From Octopus bimaculoides (lineage: Eukaryota): a stretch of 47,620 nucleotides of DNA. The position numbers were made by a program, and so were the translations under genes. Under the pieces are notes generated by a model that saw only the letters and a list, made by a program, of their open reading frames with translations, had not been told where the DNA came from and ran no database searches. This document shows, one piece after another, positions 1 through 12,500 of the stretch. The DNA lies in assembly GCF_001194135.2 (NCBI RefSeq), contig NC_068981.1, positions 112,991,269 through 113,038,888 on the forward strand, given 5' to 3'. How positions within the stretch are numbered: the first letter of the stretch is position 1; each line of letters begins with the position of its first letter.

Positions 1-17
1 TATTACAATCATCTGAA

Positions 18-999
18 ATGAAACTGTCAAAGTGTGATATTTGAGCAACTTTGCTATTCAACTTCAAAAAATGAAGCAAAGCGGCTGAAACTGCTTGCAA
101 TATCAATGGAACATTTGGTGAGGAAGTGACCTGTGAGTGGTCAGCTTGAAAATGGTTTAAATGATTTCGCAGTGGAGACCTGAGCCTTGAAGATCATGAG
201 CATAGTGTATTCCCATCTGTCATCGATGATGGTCAATTAAAGACCATCATTGAAAAAGATCTATGTAAAACCACTCAAGAACTGGCAAAAGAACTTCACG
301 TTAGCTAGAAAACTGCCTGCAACCATTTGCATGTGATCTGAAAATCAAAACAGTTCGACAAATGTGTACCACATGATTTGAATGAAAATCAGAAAATGAT
401 CATTGCTTCTTCTCTGTAACCAGACTGATCTATTTCTCAACCATATTGATGATTGTAACTTGCAATGAAAAGTGGATTCTGTACAATAATAAAAAACGTT
501 CTTCACAGTAGTTGGATCACAATGAAGCACTGGAAACTTTCCCTAAACCTGAGCTCTTCAAAAAGGTCATTGTGACTGTTTGGTGGTGTACTGCTGGACT
601 CATCCACTGTAACTTCTTAAAACCCAGTAAAACCATTACTGCCATGACATTTTGACATGAAATTGCCAAAATGAACTGGACATCAGAAGAGGGTCAATCA
701 TTCTTCAGGACAATGCTCGACCACGTGTTTCATTACTGACACCCCAGAAGGTGAGGGAACTTGGCTATGAAGTTCTTCCCCACCCAGCTTATCTCCCAGG
801 CCTTTCTCCAACCAACTTTTTCAAGCAACTTGATGGTTTCTTGTGGGAGAAAGAGTTCAAAAATCAAACTGATGCTGAAAGTGCATTCAAGGAGTTCATC
901 AGCTTCAGAACTCCAGATTTTTATGTTACTGGAATAAACAAACTTGTAACTCGTTGGCAAAAATGTGTTGATTGTAATGATACTTGCTTTGATGAATAA
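18..999 (+). pseudogene. Decayed mariner (DD34D) transposase, SETMAR/Hsmar-like
   Basis: ATG at 18 gives an HTH-like MKLSKCDI*ATLLFNF...AAETACNINGTFGE. Later motifs read KKVIVTVWW, QDNARPR and VLPHPAYLPGLSP(T)N (PHPPYSPDLAP). Multiple stops and frameshifts. The 5' TIR lies outside the window. Confidence 0.9.
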
Positions 1000-1751
1000 A
1001 ATTTCTGCATTGTTGAAATATATTTTACTCAGCCTTATGTATGTATAATATACTAAATGCTTTTGTATATGTACCTTTTAGTAACACTTTAGCATTTGAA
1101 GCTGTTGAACTTGTTACTCTTTATATCTTTATAAGATTTATACTTTCTAAACCATTCAACACCAGCTGGATTTGTTGTTTATTTTGTGTATTCAGAAGTT
1201 CATTCTGCTATCTTTGTTTTAATATGTTCAGATGACTTTTCCAGCATTGCAATGGTCATAAGAAATTGTGATACTACTTTAGTGAGTGGTCTACCAAAGT
1301 ATCCCGAGTTTACACTGTGAAATGACCTGATCTAGTTATGGTGAAGAACACTTGGAAATTACAGATTGAAAATTCAGAAGGCCAATGTGTGTTAGTGTCT
1401 CCTCATGTCTACACAAGAAAGGACGTCCTTCATAAATTTCTGCAGTGAATCTTATTTTAGGAGTGATAAATATAATTTTCTTATTTTCCAGCTATTTTAG
1501 CATTTTTATTTTCTTCCCCATCTTCTAACTCTCAGCTTCCATTTGATAACTTATTCAACAATAACTCCATGATTATTGGCAGCTCAAGTACTCTAGTGTA
1601 TTATAATTTATAAATGTTATGTGAGAGATAAAACTTTTAAAGTAAAAGAGCTTAATTTTTAATTTCCTATATATTTGTGTGTGTGTGTGAAAGTGATAAA
1701 TAGAATTTACAATAAAAATTTAGTCTCATTTTGATTAAAATACCAATAACC

Positions 1752-2270
1752 TTGGAGCAAAATATCTCATTACAGTTCATCTGCATTTAGCATCTCTTAC
1801 TGTACTGACTCCCACTCTTTTTGTTGTTTTAGTTTCCCCTGTCCAGCATGACCAATTCATTGCATTTTATTATATGTAATATAAGAAAGCAGAATGTACT
1901 TTCAAATACAAAAGACAAACAAAACAACAAAGTAGAGATACTGTTATTGTAAAAAAGTAGAAACGCTTTTGGACAATTTAGAAAACTATTTCTTTAAGCA
2001 AAGGCAAAAAATAAACAGAACAACTGATAATAGAGTTCTATATTTAAGAGATGAGGAATTATGTACATTATTTACATTTGATGGATATTTGTCCTCATCC
2101 ATCAAATGTAAATAATGTAACTAAGAACAACTGATATCGAATTACTTACAGAGGGTAAATCTTATGAATTGAAACAAATTCAACAGCTTCAAGCTCTAAA
2201 GAGTTATTCATAAGAAAGAAGTATATATGTATAGAAAGACACATAGCAAATTATATACATATTGATTGTT
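1752..2270 (+). repeat. Unclassified dispersed repeat, copy 1 (copy 2 at about 40585-40900)
   Basis: Shared blocks in the same order: gagcaaaa.atc.cattac.gttca.ctgcatttagcatctct, ttgttgttttagtttccc, gaaacgct, gaaacaaattcaacagcttcaa, gacacatagca. Confidence 0.7.
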
Positions 2271-2704
2271 GTTGTATATTATTATATAGTTTCTCAACTT
2301 ATACCAGTTTATAAGTAATTTAACAATTCCATCGTAGTGTATCACTACAGATTTTTCACTGAAGTTTGAAAATTCCTCAAATATAGTCTACCCCCAATTA
2401 ATTTATGATACCCTGCTATCTCTGCAATTCTACACATGCTTCCCTATCCTTTCTTTGTTGCTCATTCCCCATCCCTCTTTTTCTTCTTCCCAGTTCATTT
2501 TATGTTCTTTATTTTTATTTATTTTCTATGTTTTTAGCTTATATTTCACTTACCATTTCCTTATCCTTTAAATTGTCTTTATTCTTTCATTCCTGGAGTT
2601 TTATTTTTTCAGTTTTTATTTTTCATTTTCAAATTGTTTTCTTCCAATCAGTTTCATACTTCAATATTTTCCATCTATCAAAATTATCTCAAATAAATTT
2701 GATT

Positions 2705-4951
2705 GATTAGAGCTATAAAATTACAGGACCAGATCATGAAAATTACAGTGTTATAGCCCAACTAGTTAGGAACCACTATTCAATTAAATGAGATGCAGTT
2801 TGGTTTTGTGCCAAGAAGTTCTGATGCCATATTCTTAGACAACTTTAAGAGACGAATCTAGCTAAAAGTAAGCCATTGTGCTTGCATATGTTGACCTGGA
2901 GAAAGCCTTCAACAGAATCCCCCATTCTGTGATCTGGTTGTTTCTGAGGAAGCTGGGAGTAGATGAATGGCCTATGAAAGCCACCAAACCAGGTACAGAG
3001 GTGCTGTCAGCAAGGTGAGAATTAGCCAGGTCTCGGTTCTCAGTACCTGCTTATTCATCCTTGTCCTCCAAGCCATAACAGTGGAATTTAAGACTGGTTG
3101 CTCCTTGGAACTTATATCCTGATGACCACATTCTCATAGTGGAACCTATAATAGTGTTATAGAAGAAATTCCAGGCATTGAAGCTAAACCTGGAATCAGG
3201 ACTCTCTTCTCAGGTAAATGACCCTGCTTGATATATATGAAAGGTATAGGCAGGTATTCCATAGGGTGTACCCAGTGCAAACTGTGGACACACAGGAGGT
3301 GAATTGGAATCACAGGAAGATTAATGAAGAAAGTAATGTTTGTATGTGAAACATGTGCAGGAGCAATAAACATGAAGGACACACTTGAAATTGATTTTCT
3401 CAAATGCCTTAGAAACGAATGTCCTACCTCAAGGTGGTGGGTAGTTTTTGTTAACTTGATGATCAAATTAACAGTGAAGGGGGAAAGTTCAGAGAGCTAT
3501 TACTCTTGTTGGTAACAAAATTTCTCTCTCTCAGAGTGAAAGACAGATTGTATGATGTTTGCATACGAACAGTACTGCTACATAGTAATGTAATGTAAGC
3601 TATGAATGTAGAGGACTTGTTAAGGATTGAAAGAAATGAAGCTACTGTGCTTTGTTGGATTAGAGTGCATGTACTACAAAGTGTGAATGTGTTGTGAAAA
3701 ACATTGGACATAAGAATTATCAAATGTATTGTGCAGAAAGAAGGCTGCACGGGCATGGTCATATGATGCACATGGATAAAAACAACTGCTTAAAGAAATG
3801 CTGATAACTTAAAGTAGATGGAACCTGTGAAAACAGGAGACACTGAAAGACATGGATTGAAGTAGTGAACAATGACCTTCAGATGTTGAGCCTCACAGAG
3901 GAGATAACAAAGGACCTTGATGTTTAGCAATTTTATGTGCTCAAGAACACCTGTCCATTTAAGCAAAAATGTGGTCCTAAAAGCATATCACTTATGTCTG
4001 CTCCTGCAGCCAATCCTGTCCCTCATGAATCCCCTTCCCCCAATAACTCACCTTCCTAACACTCACCTCTCCCACTACCCATCTTCTTAACACCCTTCCC
4101 TCCATCATTCAGCTTATGTTACTATGAGAATGGAACTGGACATAATCCATCTCCTTATTGTTCACATTCCCTAGAACAATCTTTTTCTCATTCAATCTCT
4201 GAATCATCCTATATCACCATATTTCCCACTAAATTCCCCTTCCCTTTTCTCTTGTACACCTTATTTTTCCAATTGCAGCTCTCTCTACCACTGCTTCAAT
4301 TCATGTCCCACTATTTCCCTGTTAAGGTAGCTCTTAGACTTCATCCCTCACACTGTGCATTCCTCCTGCACAATATTTTCACACACTTCACATTTTTGCT
4401 GTCACCTACTACCTCCTTAATCACTTGCTTCCTCTGCCTTCACCTCTAACTGATATTCACAATCAGCCACACCCTCACCGTTTTAACAAAATCTTTCTCT
4501 TATCCCCATCCCTATCCATCTGCCACTGACTATCACACTTTCACAAACTTGCTTGTTTACTTATAACTTATGGGTAGTCTTTAACACATCTTCACTGTTT
4601 TATTTCTGTTCCACCTGGGGTAAACATATATCTCTATTACAACACACCCATTCTTGTCTCTCTATCATACTTTAACCTTTCATCAACTAACATAAAGCTA
4701 TTTCCCTTAATACTATTCCTCACCTCAGTCGAGGATGGTCTTGTCTTGTGAGTTACTCAGTGACCTCACTAGTACTAGTACTATGTAAAAGGTGCTCTGA
4801 GCATTCTGTAAACATGGGAGGATACCCAACCATAGAAACCATACCATAGCTGACAATGGAACCTTGTGCAAGTTCTCTGGCTTGCCAGCTCCCATCAAAC
4901 CATCCAGCCCTTGCCAGCATGGCAGACAGACTGTGAATGATGATGGTGATT
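2705..4951 (+). mobile_element. 5'-truncated RTE-clade LINE (decayed RT, CT-rich 3' UTR, (GAT)n tail)
   Basis: MQFGFVP at about 2792, DLEKAFNR, LYPDDH (YADD) at about 3113-3128 and a Cys-rich insert at 3212-3363. The conserved tail ...ccagcatggcagacagactgtgaatgatgatggtgat ends near 4950. Confidence 0.85.
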
Positions 4952-5174
4952 GTTATTGAAATGAACTTAATGAAATTTATGAAATATCTGTAACTTGTTT
5001 ACTCTTCATCTCACCTATATGTGGCTCTTGTCACTACATTACAGCCTGAGTTTAAATTAATATCACTTTATATATACTATCCTTTGTATGAGAATGAGAG
5101 TTAATGAAGGTGAAAATCAAACCCTAATTTCTGAAGTAACTTGTACTCAACTATCTATCTATCTGTCTCTTTAT

Positions 5175-5290
<116 letters not shown>

Positions 5291-5663
5291 TAGATAGATT
5301 GATAGAATAATACATTATTAATTGCTAAATATTTTATTTATTATATCTTTTTCATAACACTATTTCTATCATTGCTCTAAAATAATTTCCAGCCTATATC
5401 CCATACAGGACATATTAGTCAGACAACTGGAGAGTCTCAAAATAGACCTAGTAGTGTCTCTTTTAATCTCTGTTAAGATCAGTCTTACTAAGAGAACGTA
5501 CATGGTACCAAATGCACTGAAGCTAAAAGAGACAAATTTTGCCTAAGATCACAATCCCTCATTTGTTAACTTCAAAATTATTTGAGAGCAAGGCTAGAAA
5601 TAATTTCTCATATTAAATTATGTGTGTGTGTGTATGTATGCTTATTTATTATCATTTTCATTT

Positions 5664-5816
5664 TAATGCTAGTATGATGCATTGGATTCCAATGTCAATG
5701 TGTTAATGTACTGAGAAATGAGTTAGGCATAAGAGGAATCAGATGTAGTGTGTAAAAAAGAGGACTGCACTCATTTGGTCATGTGATGCATATGGAAGAG
5801 GACAGCTGTATAAAAA
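5664..5816 (+). mobile_element. RTE LINE fragment, left part of a copy split by the Gypsy insertion
   Basis: Encodes LRNELGIRGIRCSV*KRGLHSFGHVMHMEEDSCIK. The reading continues at about 10253 with KC*SLKVNETYGSGRPRKTW. Confidence 0.8.
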
Positions 5817-6005
5817 TGTTGTGGCAAAAGTCATTGATACCCTGGGGATTGGAAGACTGGACTAGCTGAACTCTTATAAAGAGTAGAGGTCAGTGGTCAT
5901 TGAATAGAGAGTGTTTAGTAGTCTCATGAAGTATGTCTTGTGAACACATTGATTAAACCTCTGCTTCACTTATTTATATATCCAAAGTGTGCCAAGGATA
6001 TAAAA
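5817..6005 (+). repeat. Gypsy 5' LTR
   Basis: Starts TGTTGTGGCAAAAG and ends ggatataaaa. Colinear with 10064-10252 at roughly 80% identity by eye. Confidence 0.88.
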
Positions 6006-6084
6006 GTGGTGAGAAGATATTCAAAACTTGCGTCGGATGTTTAATTTTTTTTTTTTGTATGAAACAAAAGAAAAATTCATTAAC

Positions 6085-9000
6085 ATGGAAGACTTGTTGG
6101 CTTGCATGGTGCAGTTGCAACAGCAACAACAGCAGTTACAACAACTACAACAGCAACAACAAAATACCCAACAGTTACTGGAAGTAATGTTGAAGGAGTC
6201 TGAAAATACTTCAGGTTCATTCTCATTAGACAGTGTAGCAAATTCAATTGGAGAATTTATTTATAACCCAGAAGGTACTACTTTTTCTGCATATTTTAGA
6301 AGATACAAAGAAATCTTCAAGGAAGAATGTAAAAATTGGAATGACAAGAAGGTGCAACTACTTTTAAGCAAGTTATCCCCTGCTGAACACGAAAAATACT
6401 GTAACTATATTCTGCCGAAGAAACCCTGTGAGATTTGTTTCAATGAAATAGTTAATTTATTATTGATAATTTTCAGTGAAAGAAGTTCCCTATTTATTAT
6501 TCGTTGGCAATGTTTAAATTTATTTAAAAAATGATGATGAAGATTTCGTCACCTATGCTGGGGTCATTAATAGAGAGTGTGAAAAATTCAAATGAATGAA
6601 CCCCGGATTTGTTTAAATGTTTAATTTTTGTTTAAGAGTTAACAGCAAGAAAATACACATTCCCACATATTAACAAAATTAGAACAGGACCAAAAATTAA
6701 CTCTACAGACAGTGGCTGAAGAATGCCCAAGGATTATAAATCTAAGTCATGACACAGATAAAATTGAAGAAAAAGATTGCTCTCAGATATATGCATGTTG
6801 ACCTGAAACAGATCATAAAAAAGAAAAACGAATGTCAAGACCAAATCCATGCTACAGGTGCGGAGGTTTACATTTTGAAAGTAATGGCCCTTTTAAAAAT
6901 TGTAAATGTTTTGATTGTAGAAAAATTGGACATAAAAGTTCACATTGAATACCGAAACTAAAAAAGGGTTAAACAAAACAGATTCTAGAAAGAATGTATT
7001 GTTAAAAAAAATTCTAAGCATGACTTAGAAAAGAAAATTTGATGTCCATAAAAATAAATAATGTGAATATCAAGTTACAATCAGATACTAGCAGTGATAT
7101 CGCAATAATTAATACAGATACATGGAGAAAAATAGATAAAAGGAAACTTCAAAATTTGTTCGAGGTGCTTCAGGAAAAAAATTGCATTTTATGAGCGAAA
7201 TGATAAGTGATGCTAGATTCCATGAAAAAACCTTGAAAGCCAATTGTGTTGCAAAATATGACAAATTTATTTGGAACAGACTGGTTGGAACTATTTAACT
7301 TATGGGACCTTCCCATAAATATTTTTTGTAAGAATGTGAATGGTTCTTCCGCCAGTACAAATAAGGCATCAGAGGATTTAAGAATTTAAAAAAACTTTTC
7401 CTGAAGTTTTTTCTGAGGAATTGATTCTTTGCATCAAAACAGAGGTGATGTTTCAAATGAAAGAAAATGTGATGCCGATATTTAAACCAAAATGAGTGGT
7501 ACCTTTTGCAGTGTTGAAACAAGTCAATGAAGAATTGAATAGACTTGTAAAGCGTAGCATTATTGAAAAAATTGATTGCACAAAATGGATGTCTCCATCA
7601 ATTATAAAATTGAAGTATGCACTGATTCTTCAACGGGATAAAAAAAATGTTTGTTACCATATAATTACCCATTACCAAATCCAGAGGAAATTTTTGCAAA
7701 GTTGAATGGAAGAAAATTTTTTTTTAAATTGGACCTATCTGAAGCATATTTGCAGGTAAAGGTTGATGAGGAATGTTCAAAATTATTGACAATAAATACC
7801 CATAAAGGGTTGTATAAATTTAATCGACTCCCCTTCAGTATAAAGGTAGCACCTGACATTTTCCAACAAATTATGGACATTGTGCTCACTGGTTCAGATT
7901 TTGCTATAGCCTACCTTGAGAACATATTCATAAAATGTGAATCTCAAGGTCAGCATGCTGAGTATGTTAAAAAGGTCTTTGAAAGAATAAAAGAGTATGG
8001 TTTTAAGCTCAGCAAGAGAAAGTATGAATTTTTTATGCCAGGAATAAAATATCTAGGGCAGATTATTGATGAAAATGAATGCAGACCAGACTTGTCTAGG
8101 GCAAGTACAATAAAGAATATGCCTCCCCCAACAAACATTATGTTACAAGCACTTTTGGGGCTTGCAAATTACTACCAGGTATATATACCAAATATGCACA
8201 ATTTAAGAGCGCCCCTGAATAACTTGTTAAAGAAAGAAGTTAAGTGAAACTGGTTGGACAAATGCCAAAAAGCTTTTGAAGAAATTAAAAACGTCTTAAC
8301 GTTGGAATTGTCATAACATTTTTACCCAAATTTAGAAATAGTGGCAGCAGATGCTAGTGAAAGTGGTATTGGAGCTGTGATTTTACACAAGTGTGAAGAT
8401 GGTAACCTGAAAACAGTAGCTCATGCTTTGTGCTCATTATTGCCGATTGAGAAAAGTTACATTCAAATAGAAAAGGAGGCATTAGCCATCATATTTGCAG
8501 TAAAAACATTCCATAAATTTATGCATGGAAAAAGGTTCTGTCTGCTGACAGACCACTACCCATTATTGTCGATCTATGGATCAAAAAAGGGTATCCCCAC
8601 TCATACAGCCAACAGATTGCAGTGCTGGGGAACAATCCTACTGAATTACAACTTTAAGATGGAGTATTTGCCATTAAAAAAATTGGGACATGCAGATGGT
8701 TTATCAAGATTAATACCAAAATACAGTGAACCACTAGAAGACACAGTGATAGCGGTGTTAAAAGCCGAAAATGAAATAAAAATATATTGTGCAATGTTGT
8801 GCGTGAATTGCCTGTGACATTGGAGGAAATAAAATTAAGGCAGAGACGGACAAGTTTATCATAAAAATGAAAAAAATAGTGAGAGCAGAAGAAACAAATA
8901 CAAAAATATGTGTAGCTGGATGTAACACAGTTTCAAATTTGATATGTGGTAATGTGCTTATGTATACACAGAGGATCATAATGCCTACCTCACTACAAGG

Positions 9001-9852
9001 TCAAATGTTAAAGGAATTCCACACTGGACATCCAAGAATTTCTAGAATGAAGTCGCTTATGATGAGTTATGTTTACTGGCTAAAAATGGATCTAGATATC
9101 AAGAGATTGGTTAAATCCAACGAAATCACCACCTATAAAATTTTAACCTTGGCCCAAGACCGATATGCCATAAACTTCACAGGATCATTAAACCGGTCAT
9201 ATTATCTGTGGTAGATAGCTATACAAAATGGCCAGAAATAGGTGAATGTAGCAAACTGACATCCACGGTAACAGTCAAATTTCTACACGAACTTTTTGCT
9301 AGGTATAGTGTCTCAGATACCATAGTCTCCAATATCGGTACACAATTCACAGCAAATGAATTTAAGAATTTGTGAAAAATGTACTCAATTGAACATATTT
9401 CTACTCCTTTGTATCCCCCAAGATCTAATGGACAAACAGAAAGTTTTGTGGGTACATTTAAAAGAGCATTAAAGAAATCAAGAAATGTTCTAGTCGATGA
9501 CATAACATTGACACAATTCTTGAGGGTTTATAGGATAACACCAAACCTGAATGCTTTTTCAGGCAAGTCGCCTGTGGAACTGATGTTTGCTCAAAAAATA
9601 AAGTCGAATTTTGACAAGCTGCCAGTAAGAAAAACAAATAGGGAAAACACTAAAAATATAACAAAGTATTTTAATATCAGTGACAAAGTGTTGTTCAAAA
9701 TATATGAAAATGGAAGACAAGGTTGGGAAGACGGAGTAGTAACAAAAAGAATAGGCAAAATGACATATATGATAAGAAGTGAAAAATGGGAACACAAAAA
9801 GTATTTAAACCAGCTAAAAAAGAAAAGAGATACCTATGGAAGTGTTCTATGA
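6085..9852 (+). pseudogene. Gypsy gag-pol pseudogene
   Basis: Gag MEDLLACMVQLQQQ..., double knuckle CYRCGGLH..CFDCRKIGH at about 6848-6945, protease SDTSSD at about 7081, RT (KLDLSEAYLQV, RLPFSIKVAP, YLEN for YLDD), RNase H (ADASESGIG, EKEALA, TDH) and integrase (SNGQTESFVGTFK). Many frameshifts. Confidence 0.92.
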
Positions 9853-10063
9853 CACCTTTAATGTTCTAACACCACAAGAAATCAAACCTAGTTGTAGCAG
9901 CACAAGAAGGAGGAAACAAACAGAATGATTGAAAGTAGTGCCTAACAGAAGAAATATTTTACTTCTCTTGGAGGAAAATCTCAAAAAGAGAAATGTGATG
10001 AAAGAAAAATAAATAAAAATGATAATATTAATTTCCAACAGAAATCAGTCTCAAAGGGGGAGA

Positions 10064-10252
10064 TATTATGGCAAGAGTCATTAACACCCTTGGGAGATTG
10101 GAAGAATGGACTAGCCGAACTCTTATAAAGAGTAGAAGTTGGTAGTAGTCGAGTAGAGAGTTTGGTAGTCTCGCAAAGTACACCATGTAAACACATTGAT
10201 TAAACCTCTGCTTCATTTATTTATATATCCAATGTGTGTCAAGGATATAAAA
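10064..10252 (+). repeat. Gypsy 3' LTR
   Basis: Directly follows the polypurine tract and matches the 5' LTR over its full length. Confidence 0.88.
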
Positions 10253-11442
10253 AATGAAGTGCTGATCACTTAAAGTGAATGAAACATATGGAAGTGGGCG
10301 ACCCAGGAAAACATGGAACAAAGTAGTGAGAGCTGATTTCAAGATGCTGAGCCTTACAGAGAAGTTGACAAAGGACCAAGATGATTAGTAATTTACTCTG
10401 CTCAAGATCTATCCATCACACCAAAAATGATATCCTTAAATCACCCAGGTTATGCTTGTACATATGGGGGCCCTGCCTTCTCATCTCTCTCAACCCCAAC
10501 AAGCATTTCTCCCAATTCTCATCCCTTTACACTTATCTCTTCTTTATTACTGTGGTAATAAAGCAGAATCCCTTCCTTCTGATTATCCTCTTTCCTTCTC
10601 TCCTCCTTACTCCTAGAACCACTCCCAATTCTTATGCCACACTATTTCCACCAATCACTTTCTTTCTGTGCCTTCAGTCACTACTCTCTCTCTTCTGATA
10701 TACTCCATACTTAACACTTTTTTCAACTGCTATCATTCACAATGTCTTTTCATATCTACCATCACAACTCATTTATTGTAGTCTACTTATGTACCTCTGT
10801 GTCTCTCTCCCCACTACTCCTGCACCTTGTACATCATTCAGTTACTTTCTTACCTATTTTTCTTCCCAAGCCATTATATCTCTCACCTCACCTCTCTCCA
10901 TACTGATGTTTCCCATCAACTGCACAACCGCCCTTGTTCATCTCTTGCTCCAATCCACTATCTATATCCTCTCTTATACCTGCCTTCTTGTATCCTGAAA
11001 TGCTCTGGCATCCCACCACCATTTTTCTCTTCTTTCTTTCCACCCTTATGTAAAGTGGGGTAACTGTGTATCTCTGCTATAGCAAGACATCTGGGTTTGT
11101 CCCTCCATCACATTTTAGCCTCTCAACACACGGCACAGAACCATCTCCTCCTTTCCTTCTCAATTTCTAACCCCTCTATTTAATTGAAAAGGTTTTTACT
11201 TTTTCATTTTGTCTTTCTTGTTTTTATTATTTTGTCATGCAAGTTACTAAACAACCTCACTAGTAGGGGTGACGTGAAAAAGCATCCAGTACACTCTGTA
11301 AAGTAGTTGGCATTAGGAAGAACATCCAGTCATAAAAGATAGACTAAAGTAGACCCTGAACTTCAACATGGCCCAGTGTCTTGCCAGATCCTGTCAAACC
11401 ATCCAAATCATACCAGCATGGAAAGTGGACGTTAAATGATGA
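10253..11442 (+). mobile_element. RTE LINE 3' end (ORF C-terminus, CT-rich 3' UTR, conserved tail)
   Basis: GRPRKTWNKVVRADFKMLSLTEK matches 3835-3920. The tail ccagcatggaaagtggacgttaaatgatgag lies at about 11413-11442. Confidence 0.8.
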
Positions 11443-11715
11443 GGTGGAATTGCAAAATAATACATCCCTAACCTTAATACTTACTATCATGTTTTACCTG
11501 ACATCTGCCACAGGTGACTTCCTTTGTCAGTAAATGGTACTTTACACTTAACACTCACTGTCCTTTCATATCACATGTCCAAACTTGTGCACATGTTTCT
11601 CTTAAATATATTAACAAATATATACTTTCTTTAAGGCCAAATAATTTGCTTTTGAATTTAATTTGAAAACTTCTGTTGAGTGCACTGTGTTGACAAACAA
11701 ATGTCTTTTCTTTAG

Positions 11716-11978
11716 TCAGTGGGAAATATCTACAAAGGATTGGCACAGTCTGGTGCATGGGGCTGTTTTGATGAATTTAATCGAATCTCTGTGGAAGTTT
11801 TGTCAGTAGTAGCTGTGCAAGTCAAGACTATCCAGGATGCCATCAAAGATAAGAAGAAAGAGTTTAATTTCATGGGAGAAAAGATCAAAATCACTCATTC
11901 TGTTGGAATCTTCATTACAATGAATCCAGGATATGCTGGACGAACTGAACTACCTGAAAACCTCAAAGCCTTATTCAG
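11716..11978 (+). CDS. Axonemal dynein heavy chain (outer-arm beta type, DNAH9/11/17-like), internal exon, AAA1 Walker B to Arg finger
   Basis: tttttctttag|TCA GTG GGA...TTA TTC AG|gtaagt. Translates [36 protein letters not shown]...[25 protein letters not shown]. 263 nt, ends in phase 2. The paralog cannot be fixed from this stretch. Confidence 0.97.
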
Positions 11979-12296
11979 GTAAGTTTTACTTAAAGGAAAA
12001 CTACAAAGTATACTAAAAAAATGTACTGCAATTTGCTTGAAGCACTGTAGTGTGTAAATGATGCAAATGATGTTAATAATTTCAAGAAGACTTTTGAGCA
12101 CTGCAGATGAGAAATGAATAAAGACAGACACAATATTGTATCACACTTGCACATAGGTGATTTAAAGAAATCTTCCTTTTATCAGATACAAAATAACAAA
12201 AATGTTTGGAGCAAACGTGTTACTATTAGTAGGCCATTCTGATGTAGAAAACATTAAACCTTTATAGGATGATGCAATATCATGTCTTTCATATTT

Positions 12297-12500
12297 GTCA
12301 TCGTCATCATCATCATTATCATCATCTTCATCATTTAACATCCTCCTTCCATAATGCTATAGATTGGATTCTTTGACAAGAGCTGGTAAGTCAGACTGCA
12401 CCAAACTCTACTGTCTGCTTTGGCATAGTCTCTATGGCTAGATGCCTTTCCTAATGGAAACCACTTTACAGGGTGCTTTTTACATAGCACCAGGCATCTT
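12297..12500 (-). mobile_element. LINE/SINE 3' tail fragment
   Basis: (TCA)n run followed by the reverse complement of the tail at about 11280-11440 and 4780-4950. Confidence 0.7.

Larger units (their letters stand above)
5817..10252 (+). mobile_element. Full-length decayed Ty3/Gypsy LTR retrotransposon (Mag/K02A2.6-like), about 4.4 kb
   Basis: Two 189-bp LTRs, a PBS-like tggtgagaag at 6007, a PPT aaagggggaga at 10053-10063, and domain order gag-PR-RT-RNaseH-IN. Confidence 0.93.
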
